A stretch of DNA of 51,419 bases, from the NCBI GenBank assembly GCA_003232725.1, contig QIJH01000085.1, forward strand, positions 1 through 51,419. Reading direction: 5' to 3'. The number at the start of each line of letters is the position of its first letter. Position 1 is the first letter of the stretch. This document shows, piece by piece, positions 1-9,136 of this stretch. This DNA comes from Chromatiaceae bacterium. Its GTDB lineage: Bacteria; Pseudomonadota; Gammaproteobacteria; SZUA-140. The position numbers and the translations under genes are program-made. Below the pieces are notes generated by a model. It worked only from the letters and a program-made list of their open reading frames with translations. It did no database searches and was not told the origin of the DNA.

Positions 1-2
1 AA

Positions 3-89
3 TGGTGCCCAGGGCCGGAATCGAACCGGCACGGCCGTGAAGCCGAGGGATTTTAAGTCCCTTGTGTCTACCAATTTCACCACCTGGGC
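3..89 (-). tRNA. tRNA-Leu (anticodon UAA)
   Basis: The reverse complement reads GCCCAGGTGGTGAAATTGGTAGACAC..GGGACTTAAAATCCC..GGTTCGATTCCGGCCCTGGGCACCA. It has a 7-bp acceptor stem, a long variable arm, anticodon loop CT-TAA-AA, a T-loop GGTTCGATTCC and an encoded CCA. It is the last member of an E. coli-like glyW-cysT-leuZ cluster. Confidence 0.95.
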
Positions 90-105
90 AAGTGGGTCTT
101 AAAAC

Positions 106-179
106 TGGAGGCTGAGGGCGGAATCGAACCGCCGTCCACGGCTTTGCAGGCCGCTGCATAACCACTCTGCCACCCAGCC
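106..179 (-). tRNA. tRNA-Cys (anticodon GCA)
   Basis: The reverse complement reads GGCTGGGTGGCAGAGTGGTTATGCAGCGGCCTGCAAAGCCGTGGACGGCGGTTCGATTCCGCCCTCAGCCTCCA. It has anticodon loop CT-GCA-AA, the U73 discriminator typical of tRNA-Cys, and an encoded CCA. Confidence 0.95.
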
Positions 180-255
180 TGGATGGAACTCAATCACACC
201 TTAGTTCAATAAGTTACTCAAGGGGATTTAGAGAATTTAATACAGGTATAAAATT

Positions 256-331
256 TGGAGCGGGAAACGAGATTCGAACTCGCGACCCCAACCTTGGCAA
301 GGTTGTGCTCTACCAACTGAGCTATTCCCGC
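256..331 (-). tRNA. tRNA-Gly (anticodon GCC)
   Basis: The reverse complement reads GCGGGAATAGCTCAGTTGGTAGAGCACAACCTTGCCAAGGTTGGGGTCGCGAGTTCGAATCTCGTTTCCCGCTCCA. It folds as a canonical cloverleaf with anticodon loop CT-GCC-AA. Confidence 0.95.
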
Positions 332-340
332 CCTTTAAAC

Positions 341-369
341 AAGACACCGGATCTACACATGTGTGTCAA
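341..369 (-). promoter_or_regulatory. Putative sigma70 promoter of the tRNA Gly-Cys-Leu operon
   Basis: On the minus strand there is a perfect -35 TTGACA (369..364), a 17-nt spacer and a weak -10 TGTCTT (346..341). This places the predicted start a few nt upstream of the tRNA-Gly 5' end at 331. The -10 matches consensus at only 3 of 6 positions. Confidence 0.35.
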
Positions 370-410
370 GCGTTTGACCTAAAAAAACCAATATGTTTCA
401 GTAGCTAACC

Positions 411-968
411 TTATGCGTCACGAAGTATTGGCCATGCCTTACGCAGGTACTCCCACATTGACCACAAGGTCAGGGCTGCCGCAATATAGAGTGCAATGTA
501 TCCCAGCATTTCTGTTGGAATCACACCAAATAGCGGTTCGCGATACAGCAATAAAATAATCGCCGTAATCTGCGCTGCGGTTTTAACCTTACCCCACATA
601 TTCACCGCAACAATATTCCCCTGCCCTATCTCTGCCATCCACTCTCGCAATGCAGAGACGGCAATTTCACGTCCAATAATAATCACAGCAGGGATCGCCA
701 TCCAGGCCGTCGCACTCGCCTCCACCAGCAACACCAATGCCGCAGCAACCATTAATTTATCTGCCACCGGATCTAAAAACGCGCCAAAAGCAGACGTCTG
801 GTTCATCTTGCGAGCAAGGTAACCATCAAGCCAGTCGGTGATGGCGGCAATACTAAAAACAGCAGTGACCGCGATATTCGACCAGCTGACCGGCAAATAG
901 AAGAACGCCACAAACACAGGGATCAAGGCAATCCTGAGAAAGGTGAGGCTTGTTGCCGTTGTCATCAC
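411..968 (-). CDS. pgsA: CDP-diacylglycerol--glycerol-3-phosphate 3-phosphatidyltransferase
   Basis: The 185-aa polytopic ORF carries the CDP-alcohol phosphatidyltransferase motif (DWLDGYLARKMNQTSAFGAFLDPVADK). It is near-colinear with E. coli PgsA and shows the same uvrC-pgsA-tRNA synteny. Confidence 0.95.
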   Translation of the reverse strand: MMTTATSLTFLRIALIPVFVAFFYLPVSWSNIAVTAVFSIAAITDWLDGYLARKMNQTSAFGAFLDPVADKLMVAAALVLLVEASATAWMAIPAVIIIGREIAVSALREWMAEIGQGNIVAVNMWGKVKTAAQITAIILLLYREPLFGVIPTEMLGYIALYIAAALTLWSMWEYLRKAWPILRDA

Positions 969-1029
969 TGCCTGTTTGGCTCCAAATACTAAAATAATTG
1001 ACGATTAAAAGTGGGTTTTATCCGTCCTC

Positions 1030-2854
1030 TCATTTACCCGCATGAAAGATATCATAAATCCGCTGCGCAAGTTCGCGACTAATGCCTTTTATACTGGCTA
1101 AATCCTCAACACCCGCACGTGCTACCCCTTGCAAGCCACCAAACTGCTGCAATAGTTCGCGCCGACGTTTTGCGCCAATGCCAGGAACCCCCTCCAGTAC
1201 TGAGGTTTTTTGTGCCTTTGCACGCCGCGCACGATGACCCGTAATCGCAAAACGATGCGCCTCATCTCTAATTTGCTGAATCAAATGGAGTGCGGGCGAA
1301 TCAGCTGGCAAATTAATCTCGATGCCGCTCTCAGAAAAATAGAGCGTCTCCTCTCCCGTCTTACGCGCACGCCCTTTCGCAATGCCAATTAAATTAACGC
1401 CACTGACTTGCAACTCTTCCAGCACCTTTTCAGCCTCACGTACCTGCCCTTTGCCACCATCTATAAACAAGATATCAGGTAATTTACCCTCACCCTGCTT
1501 CAAGCGTGTATAACGCCGCATCAACGCCTGATTCATCGCCGCATAATCATCACCACCGGTAATTCCTTCAATATTAAAGCGGCGATAGTCTGATTTGAGC
1601 GCACCTTCACTGTTAAACACCACGCACGATGCCACCGTCTGCTCACCGGATGTATGGCTAATATCAAAACATTCCATTCGCTGTGGCAGACTATCCATCT
1701 GCAGCACTTCTTGCAGTGCAATAAAACGCTGCATCATATTGCTTTTGGTATTGATGTAGCGTGCAAGGTTTTGCTTTGCATTGGCAGTCGCCATTGTCAG
1801 CCACCGGCTACGCTCGGCACGCACACTACTGCTCACTGCCACTTGTCTGCCCGCTGCTTCACTCAATACTGTTTTCAACACGTCAATATCATCCAGCTGA
1901 TGATTGATAATAACCTGCGATGGAATCTCAGTTGCCCCCTCCTTACCGAGATAGAACTGCGGTAAAAATGCAGCCAGTATCTCTTCGGCTGTTGCATTAT
2001 TGGTATGACGCGGAAAAAAACTTTTATTGCCAAGGTTATGGCCATCACGAATATAAAAAACCTCGACACAGCCGATGCCATTTTGAGTCACTGAACTCAC
2101 CACATCGATATTGCCTTTATCACTACTGATGTACTGTTTCTCCTGAATAACGCGTAATGCTGCAATTTGATCGCGAAATTGAGCCGCCTTCTCATAAGCC
2201 AATTGCTCAGCGGCTTGCGCCATCTTCTCAACCAGTTCATCAATCACATGGTGGTTCTTCCCATCAAGGAACATCGCTGCCAGACGCACATCATCAGCAT
2301 ACGCAACGTCAGAAATACGCTTCGTACAAGGTGCACTACAACGTTTAATCTGGTATTGCAGACAAGGGCGAGAACGATTGCTGAAAAAACTATCTTCGCA
2401 TTGTCGAATTTGAAATAATTAGGTTTAAGGTTTCACGCACGGCTCCAGCATTTGGATAAGGCCCAAAATAACGCCCCTTCTGTTTTCGGGCACCTCGTTG
2501 CAAACTAAGTCGTGGGTACTCCTGCTCAGTCGAGAGAAATATATACGGATAGCTTTTATCATCACGCAACAGCACATTGTAGCGTGGCTTATGCTGCTTA
2601 ATCAGATTATTTTCAAGAATCAGCGCCTCAGTCTCAGTGTGGGTTGTTGTCACCTCAATGTGATCGATATGAGTCACCAGTGCGGTAAAATAACTTGAAA
2701 CACGCTTTTTCAGGTTGCGCGCCTTACCCACGTAAATAATTTCATCACACACATCAAACATGCGGTACACACCCGGGGCTTCCGACAATCCTTGTAGAAA
2801 CCCTTTAACATCAAATTCATGACGATTAGCTTCTGTCACGTTATCGATATCCAT
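1030..2854 (-). pseudogene. uvrC: Excinuclease ABC subunit C, disrupted by a frameshift (or a sequencing error)
   Basis: The N-terminal GIY-YIG part ([42 protein letters not shown]) sits in ORF 2390..2854 and ends at a TAG. The rest ([51 protein letters not shown]..HhH C-terminus) continues in another frame that is open from 2418 down to 1030. The two frames overlap at 2390..2418. Combined length is about 600 aa, normal for UvrC. Confidence 0.9.
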
Positions 2855-2862
2855 ACTAGCGA

Positions 2863-3537
2863 CTATGAGGTTAATTCTTTTGCGCGTGCAAAAATGGCCT
2901 GAAACATCAATTCAGTCAAACGCTTGGTTTGCGTGTTGTAACGACTACAGTGATAAGAATCGATCATCGTCAACGTCCCTGGTAGCGCGTGCTCTTCACC
3001 ATGGCCAAATTTACACGCAGTTAACTTCATCTCAAAGGCGCGCAATACTGCAGCATGAGCAATCGATCCCAACGCAATCACCACGCTACCTTCTTTAAGA
3101 ATCTGTAATTCTGCTACAAGATAAGCACTGCAATTTTTAATCTCTGCCAGCGTTGGTTTATTTTGCGGAGGAAGGCACTTTACCGCATTGGTAATACGAC
3201 AGTTAAACAACTGTAACGCATCATCGACCAGCAAAGAATCCGGCGCACTGCTGAACCCGTATTCATATAATGTTTCAAAGAGCATTTTGCCGGACTGATC
3301 ACCCGTAAAAGGCCTCCCAGTAGCATTTGCACCATGCATACCAGGCGCGAGTCCAACGACCAGCAAGGCCGCGGATTCATCGCCAAATGCAGCCACTGGC
3401 GCTGCATAATAAGAGGGATACTTCTCTCTGTTTTGAGCGAGAAATGCCACCAATCGTGGACAACGTTGACAATCCATATCAAACAAACACTTTTTAATTG
3501 CCATCCGTATTTTGTACTCTAAATATTGCAGGTTCAT
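2863..3537 (-). CDS. Uracil-DNA glycosylase superfamily protein (family 4/5-like)
   Basis: The ORF has the motif [22 protein letters not shown], an N-terminal Cys pair (CQRCPRL) and a C-terminal HCSRYN-type motif. The true start is probably the internal Met (MAIKKCLF..) near 3504. Confidence 0.8.
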   Translation of the reverse strand: MNLQYLEYKIRMAIKKCLFDMDCQRCPRLVAFLAQNREKYPSYYAAPVAAFGDESAALLVVGLAPGMHGANATGRPFTGDQSGKMLFETLYEYGFSSAPDSLLVDDALQLFNCRITNAVKCLPPQNKPTLAEIKNCSAYLVAELQILKEGSVVIALGSIAHAAVLRAFEMKLTACKFGHGEEHALPGTLTMIDSYHCSRYNTQTKRLTELMFQAIFARAKELTS

Positions 3538-3740
3538 CGTTAAAGCGCTCTGATTTCATGTTATATTCTTACTTTGAACAATGCCTACAACGTCGATACC
3601 TCATTGTTTTTTATGTGAAATTCAACATTCACATACACTTCCAGCTTCTAAAGGATATCACTCAAAAGCCGATACGTAATCCAGAGTGTCATGGAAAATA
3701 ATAACGACTCAATATGTAGTCATTCGAGGGCTGAAACAAT

Positions 3741-4040
3741 ATGGCAATACAAAACGAGCCGGAAATCGGCAACTGGTACCAATCAGCCAGCAGCCTGCTA
3801 TTCAAAGTTGTTGCAATAGATGAGCATGACGACACCATTGAAATTCAATATTTTGATGGCACTATCGGTGAATTAGAGATGGATCTATGGGAATCAATTG
3901 CGCCAGAACAGTTAGATGCCCCTGACGACTGGTCTGGTCCATTTGATGATATTGATGATGATGTGGTCTCTTCCTATGAAGATGACAACAACACCAGAAA
4001 GTCGTGGGATAGCGTTCTTGAAGGCTACGAAGATAATTAA
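3741..4040 (+). CDS. Small, highly acidic hypothetical protein
   Basis: This 99-aa ORF lies in an otherwise empty interval and has a D/E-rich C-terminus. I recognise no catalytic motif. Confidence 0.55.
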   Translation: MAIQNEPEIGNWYQSASSLLFKVVAIDEHDDTIEIQYFDGTIGELEMDLWESIAPEQLDAPDDWSGPFDDIDDDVVSSYEDDNNTRKSWDSVLEGYEDN

Positions 4041-4084
4041 GCTTCCCAGTAACATTCAAACCGAAACCACTAGTATAAATAGGG

Positions 4085-4555
4085 CTAATTGGCGCGCATC
4101 ACCTTAATAACTTCATCCTCAAGCTCAATTCGATCAGCTAGTTTTTCACCGAGTACTGAAAGATCACCCTCTAATCCAGTGATCAAATCACTATGCTCTG
4201 TAATGTCGTATTTATCATTAAAATCTAAAATTGTTTGTGTCGTTGAAACAATTTTCGGGTAGACCAGATCGGCAACCTCGATAACAGCGCGTCGCCGCTC
4301 TTTTCGTTCATCAATAAAACGATAAAGCCTAAAATGGGAATCAGCAGTATAGTCAATCAACGACTGACAAAACTGTTCCAATAACTCCGAAACTGATTCG
4401 TCATTATCAAATGGGTGTTGTGCAGCAAGTTCACCATATAAGGTCAACATCTGAGCCCTTACATTAACAAGCTCATCAATCATGCCATGCGAGTTGGCTC
4501 TACGGTCTATGGATGGCGGGGATGCGGACATCGCGTGCTCCTTGGAATTGCACAT
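4085..4555 (-). CDS. rsd: Rsd/AlgQ-family anti-sigma-70 regulator
   Basis: The segment ..QFCQSLIDYTADSHFRLYRFIDE.. matches the Rsd/AlgQ signature (LVDY.S.GHF..YE.I), and the size is about 150 aa. The start is probably the second Met (MSASPP..). Confidence 0.75.
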   Translation of the reverse strand: MCNSKEHAMSASPPSIDRRANSHGMIDELVNVRAQMLTLYGELAAQHPFDNDESVSELLEQFCQSLIDYTADSHFRLYRFIDERKERRRAVIEVADLVYPKIVSTTQTILDFNDKYDITEHSDLITGLEGDLSVLGEKLADRIELEDEVIKVMRAN

Positions 4556-4732
4556 AAATCTTACTGGTAATTCTATCAGAATTCATCTACCGCTGGCACA
4601 ATAAATTACCTAAATTATTGCTATCTTTTTGATTAAAAAGAGATATAAAGCTTGCTCTTTCCCCGTCGATACCATAGATAAGCACAAAAAACAGGGTAAC
4701 TGCTGCAAAATACGTCATCCGCCCATAGAATC

Positions 4733-5698
4733 ATGATTGAATATAGAAAATGCATAAAAACTGCATGCAGACTGCTACTAGCAGGATTTGCCGCCCTTTC
4801 ACAGCCTTTACTGGCTGCGCCATCGGTTATTACTGCCATCAATATCAAGCCAACTCAGAGCGGTGACCTTTTGCTTATCACCTATCAGGGGCATCTTAAC
4901 GCCACCCTAATGTCCATTGACAAGGAAAAGCACGCCAATCTTAAACTGCCTCAGACATCAATTGCCCCTCAATTAAAGCTAAAAAGGCGCAGTGGGAAAT
5001 TAATTAAATCTCTTACAATAAAGTCGGCATCACCTAATCACTCAACAATTGCGATCGGCTTTAAGCGCAGGCTTGGCAGACACTCAAAAAAACACCTTAT
5101 CGAAAATGGACAAAAAACACTTCAAATTAAGCTATTGGATGAGGTCGCCGAAATAAAACCACCACCAACGGAGCAATCCGTCATTCAAGCAGTACTCGAA
5201 CCCGGTATGTTTGAGTTAGACGGCACAAAAGAAAAAAAACCACTGGATTACAGTAAGGATGACCGCAAGAAAATATCGACAGAAGAATTTTTAGCACTGT
5301 TTGGAACAAAAGTAATTCCTCGTCCCAATCGCATTACCGGGATAACATACAACCTCACTGACGAATCGTTGAAACTAACCCTGTCGTTCCATCATCGCCC
5401 TCGTTATACCCTTCAATCACGTAAAACCCCACCGAGAATTGAACTAAAAATAATGAGGACACTTGGCGATGTTGAAATTGCCCATCCACAAGCAATGCAT
5501 GACTTTCTCGGTGACTTGATCTCTTCAAGAACCAACACGAATACACTCACCATAAAAGCGGCCATTTATGAAACAACCGAGACAAGCAGCAAAATCATCA
5601 AAAACAAGAGCCAAACCGGCTACCAACTAGTGCTCAATATAAGGAGAATTTACCCCTGGGAAACTGCGGCCGCAATCCCGGAAATAGAGATCCATTAA
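4733..5698 (+). CDS. Secreted hypothetical protein (signal peptide, possible AMIN-like N-terminal domain)
   Basis: This 321-aa ORF has an N-terminal hydrophobic segment ending LLAAPS. It is K-rich and I recognise no enzymatic motif. Confidence 0.55.
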   Translation: MIEYRKCIKTACRLLLAGFAALSQPLLAAPSVITAINIKPTQSGDLLLITYQGHLNATLMSIDKEKHANLKLPQTSIAPQLKLKRRSGKLIKSLTIKSASPNHSTIAIGFKRRLGRHSKKHLIENGQKTLQIKLLDEVAEIKPPPTEQSVIQAVLEPGMFELDGTKEKKPLDYSKDDRKKISTEEFLALFGTKVIPRPNRITGITYNLTDESLKLTLSFHHRPRYTLQSRKTPPRIELKIMRTLGDVEIAHPQAMHDFLGDLISSRTNTNTLTIKAAIYETTETSSKIIKNKSQTGYQLVLNIRRIYPWETAAAIPEIEIH

Positions 5699-5817
5699 TA
5701 ATATAACTTTTTGTTTAATCTTTAAAGAATAACATTAACCGTCAACTGTGAACCATCTCTCAGAAAAAAACACCCAAACCAGGCATAGTGTCACCGTAGT
5801 TAATCGGGAGAATCATT

Positions 5818-6192
5818 ATGCACCTAAAAACCACCCTGCTAGCCACTTTACTCTGCCTCGGCACAACCACTGCAGTTGCTAACTCATACGATAACGCAGT
5901 TAATTCCGCTATCAATGAAAATTATAGTGCCGCATTCTCACACTGGATGCCACTCGCAAAGGCAGGTGATCCACGCGCTCAATTCAATGTCGCCTTAATG
6001 TACCACGGAGGCTTACACGTAAAATTTGATGAGGAAACCGCACTTAAATGGTATCAATTAGCCGCCGCAAATGGTGTTATTGAGGCACAGGAATACCTTG
6101 CAATCGGCTATAAAGAGGGGTGGTTTGGCCTTCCTGTCGATAATATGAAAGCAAATTATTGGCAGCAGAAAGTTGAAACATCGAGTTTATAA
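5818..6192 (+). CDS. Sel1-repeat (TPR-like) exported protein
   Basis: The ORF has a signal peptide (..TTTAVANS) and two Sel1-type repeats (AKAGDPRAQFNVALMYHGG.., AAANGVIEAQEYLAIGYKEG). A GGAG Shine-Dalgarno sequence lies upstream. Confidence 0.8.
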   Translation: MHLKTTLLATLLCLGTTTAVANSYDNAVNSAINENYSAAFSHWMPLAKAGDPRAQFNVALMYHGGLHVKFDEETALKWYQLAAANGVIEAQEYLAIGYKEGWFGLPVDNMKANYWQQKVETSSL

Positions 6193-6215
6193 CCTGCTCA
6201 TTAACTAACCAATGC

Positions 6216-6249
6216 CATTTAGCAATCAGTCAACACTGACTGCTAAATG
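6216..6249. terminator. Hairpin between convergent genes (possible bidirectional terminator)
   Basis: The sequence catttagcaatcagt-caaca-ctgactgctaaatg forms an imperfect 14-bp stem between the ends of 5818..6192 (+) and 6312..7259 (-). There is no clear U-tract. Confidence 0.4.
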
Positions 6250-6311
6250 AGTCGTTTCACTCACTACCAATCATCATCGGCACACTTAAAAAATGCTCTT
6301 CCAAGTGATGC

Positions 6312-7259
6312 CTAAATGGCTTTAGGCAAAAACAGTTCAATTGCAGCACTAAACTGTAACGCGGCTTCTTCCTTAACATTATCGAGTGCTGACTCACTCA
6401 AACCTGTAATGGCAATAGCCACAGGGTCTACTTTTGTCGTGATAAACTCATCACTTTGCAACGCTGATTTCATTTCAACATTAATTGCAAGTTCACTTGC
6501 AATATGAACAATACTTGCCCCAAGTGGTGATAACGCTGCCTTGCTAGGCTCATGATGAAATTCGGTGGAATCAATAATTGTTTCAGGCAAACGCCAGTCA
6601 CGTAACAATTCACACCCCACCTTTGCATGGTCAAAACCGATGACTTCACGTTCAACCTCATGTAATAACATCATCCCGTCATGAGCCCGCATTTGTGTTT
6701 CGCGTGACATCTCTGGTAGTTTATTCAAAATAATCAGCTGGCCAATATCATGCAAAAGACCAGAGACAAAAAATGGTTCGGTATGCAGTGCATTACACTT
6801 CACCGCAATCAAACGTGCAATAACGCCACAATAAAGGCTGTGACTCCAAAATTTATGCATATCTATATGATCACTAGGCATGCCCGTAAAATTATTAATC
6901 ACAGAGGTCGCTAAAATCAAATCGCGCAGGCCCCGAGTGCCAATGATCGTAATAGCGCGTGAAACTGTATCAATCCTGGAAGGGAACCCGTATAGCGGAC
7001 TATTAGCTATTTTCAAAAGCCTGGCGGTCAAACCAGGATCTTGACTAATAAACTTACCAATATCTGACGCTGATGAAGATGGGTCATCCACCATTTCATT
7101 TATTTTGGTAAACACCTCAGGTAGCGTCGCAAGCTTAACTGATCCTTTGATTAAATCGACCGCTTCCATTTCCATGAGCCCCTTTAGTATTCTCATTTTA
7201 TATTTTAGAATGACAGTCATAATCACATTTAAGTGACTATGCCAATAACTTATCGCCAT
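6312..7259 (-). CDS. HDOD domain signalling protein
   Basis: HDOD hallmarks are present: LPTLPEVFTKINEMVDDP..DIGKFISQDPGLTARLLKIANSPLYGF..ITIIGTRGLRDL..GLLHDIGQL..DHAKVG..FHHEP. The true start is probably an internal Met (MRILKG../MEMEAV..). Confidence 0.85.
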   Translation of the reverse strand: MAISYWHSHLNVIMTVILKYKMRILKGLMEMEAVDLIKGSVKLATLPEVFTKINEMVDDPSSSASDIGKFISQDPGLTARLLKIANSPLYGFPSRIDTVSRAITIIGTRGLRDLILATSVINNFTGMPSDHIDMHKFWSHSLYCGVIARLIAVKCNALHTEPFFVSGLLHDIGQLIILNKLPEMSRETQMRAHDGMMLLHEVEREVIGFDHAKVGCELLRDWRLPETIIDSTEFHHEPSKAALSPLGASIVHIASELAINVEMKSALQSDEFITTKVDPVAIAITGLSESALDNVKEEAALQFSAAIELFLPKAI

Positions 7260-7363
7260 AAGTTAAACATTCTTTAAAATAGCCGAATTTAAGTCCTTTT
7301 GAACATAGTAGCACACCAAAAAAAACAAGTAATAAAGCCTTAGCAATATATGATTTAACCCTC

Positions 7364-8719
7364 TTAACGAATTATCTCAGTTAACTCGGCCTCAAGCTTT
7401 TGTCGCTGTTGATCAGCCACAACCACTGCCGTTGCAAGCGCTGAAGCAACAGATGCACCATTTTCAATACGAATAAAAGCCTTTTGAAATACATTATCAA
7501 TAACAGGGTAAAGTGGGGATTTCAGCTGAGAAGAGATCTCCCCTCTTTGATGAGCATTAATAAGCGAAGTAATCAGCGGACTATCACTTACAACATCATA
7601 GTCGGCAAGCGCACTATGAGTGCCGGGAAGGATGCCAGATGCTTGCGCAGCCAACTTCACCTCTTCAGGTAAGAACAAGAACTCTAAAAAACGCATCGCA
7701 GCCTGCGTATCCTCACAGTTACGTGTCAGCCCCCATCCCCAGGACTGTTGCACATACTGGCTGCCAAAACCAAAATCAGGTAAGGGTACAACAATAAGAT
7801 CATCTCCAAATTGGGCTTTATACGAAGCATATTTATCAAGTCCAGCCCATGCCAGAGCCACCCGCCCATCACTAAAGGCTTTATGGTCACTATTGTTATC
7901 GATATAATCTTGTTCAACCCAGCGTTGAACCCGTGTTAGAAACGCGATATTACGAGCACTGTTCAGTACGCCCTCTATTTGATATGGCGCGTGCTCATCA
8001 ATCACTGCCCCACCCGCAGATAACAACATTGGGTAAAGCGTTGCAGTAAGTGACTTATCTAGATTATTAAGCCCTATATCGATGGCCGAAGGATAATCAT
8101 CATGTTTCAAAATCAATGTGAGCAACGCTTCAAATTCATCCAAACTCCACGCATCACTTAAGTCAGCCGGAATACGATAGCCGACTGATTCTAGCAAGCT
8201 TCGCCTTGCATATAACAGGTGGCTATTAGACGTTTCTGCCACAGAATAAAGACGACCTTGATACATCCCCTGTTCAAACACAGCTGGCAAAATATCCTGA
8301 CGCGTCGTTGTCGTTAATATTTTATCTAACTTCATTAAGGCACCACGAGCCGCAAAACTAGCTAAAGATGGGCCGTCCAACTCAACGATATCAGGCAACG
8401 TACCAGTTCTTGTCGCTGCAGCGATCTGCGCACCATAGGTGCCCTTCGGGATTGAAATTATCGTAATATTAATTCGACTATGCCTCGCATTAAAACGAGC
8501 CACTTGGTCTTTACGCAATAAAAGCATCTCTTTATTGCCGGTATGAACCCATACATCAAGTTCGCTTATAATAGATTGTTTGCTTACTACTATCTCCTCG
8601 CGATCACAGCCAGCCAGCGCCAACAACAAGCACATCACAAAGAGTGTGTGAATATAAAAACGGTTTGATTTTAGATCATCAAGCATAGCAAGATGATAAC
8701 CTAATATTTTTAGTTGCAT
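7364..8719 (-). CDS. Extracellular solute-binding lipoprotein (ABC family-1 SBP), orphan
   Basis: The ORF has a lipobox LLALAGC and sugar-type SBP features along its length. No cognate permease or ATPase gene is adjacent. Confidence 0.7.
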   Translation of the reverse strand: MQLKILGYHLAMLDDLKSNRFYIHTLFVMCLLLALAGCDREEIVVSKQSIISELDVWVHTGNKEMLLLRKDQVARFNARHSRINITIISIPKGTYGAQIAAATRTGTLPDIVELDGPSLASFAARGALMKLDKILTTTTRQDILPAVFEQGMYQGRLYSVAETSNSHLLYARRSLLESVGYRIPADLSDAWSLDEFEALLTLILKHDDYPSAIDIGLNNLDKSLTATLYPMLLSAGGAVIDEHAPYQIEGVLNSARNIAFLTRVQRWVEQDYIDNNSDHKAFSDGRVALAWAGLDKYASYKAQFGDDLIVVPLPDFGFGSQYVQQSWGWGLTRNCEDTQAAMRFLEFLFLPEEVKLAAQASGILPGTHSALADYDVVSDSPLITSLINAHQRGEISSQLKSPLYPVIDNVFQKAFIRIENGASVASALATAVVVADQQRQKLEAELTEIIR

Positions 8720-8799
8720 AAAATCTTTAGCTTTCTCTCAGAGATAAAAAAACCCTTTCCAACAAAAAAGGGTTAGTAGTCGATCAATTCATAGTTATT

Positions 8800-8960
8800 G
8801 AGACCTTTTCACGATTGTTCTTTTGCCTTCTGGTGGCGTTAAAAACGTACTCAATCGGTCATTTATTGTTATAAACTGCCTCATTCCGTGCGCTTTTTCC
8901 TCGCCTAAAGCATCTACTGTTGGTGCCAGAGAACAAAACCACTTCTCATGTAAAGCTCTC
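8800..8960. mobile_element. Degenerate MITE-B-like element
   Basis: Its ends, gagaccttttcacgat.. and ..ctcatgtaaagctctc, resemble the MITE-B terminal inverted repeats (gagacctttgcacgag / ctcgtgcaaaggtctc). It is flanked by the direct repeat TTATT (8795..8799 and 8961..8965). The interior is diverged. Confidence 0.4.
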
Positions 8961-8970
8961 TTATTATTTT

Positions 8971-9130
8971 GTAACTACTCAGCGAGTAGTCAAAATTAAC
9001 AGTGGCTGCTCAGATCGCCCATGAAATCTGCCAGTTTCTTTATGCCCTCGGGTGCAAGTGAGTTTACACGTGTAAATGATCATTTTTTAACGCTGAACGG
9101 GTGGATTTCATGGGTTAGCTGAGTAGTTAC
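8971..9130. mobile_element. MITE-A copy 1 (about 160 bp, 13-bp TIR, 8-bp TSD)
   Basis: The terminal inverted repeats are gtaactactcagc / gctgagtagttac. There are nested internal inverted repeats (cccatgaaatc / gatttcatggg) and a central palindrome gtttacacgtgtaaa. The element is flanked by the direct repeat ATTATTTT (8963..8970 and 9131..9138). It matches 46806..46956 closely apart from one internal indel block. Confidence 0.8.
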
Positions 9131-9136
9131 ATTATT

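Noticed and set aside
496-822. Many ORFs of 60-170 aa lie antisense to, or out of frame within, clearly identified genes. Examples are 496..822, 1654..1965, 13580..13783, 34340..34822, 44294..44740, 48321..48617 and 50722..51222.
   Set aside because: They lie entirely inside long ORFs with strong family signatures on the other strand or frame. They have no Shine-Dalgarno sequence and a skewed, low-complexity composition. I treat them as shadow ORFs.
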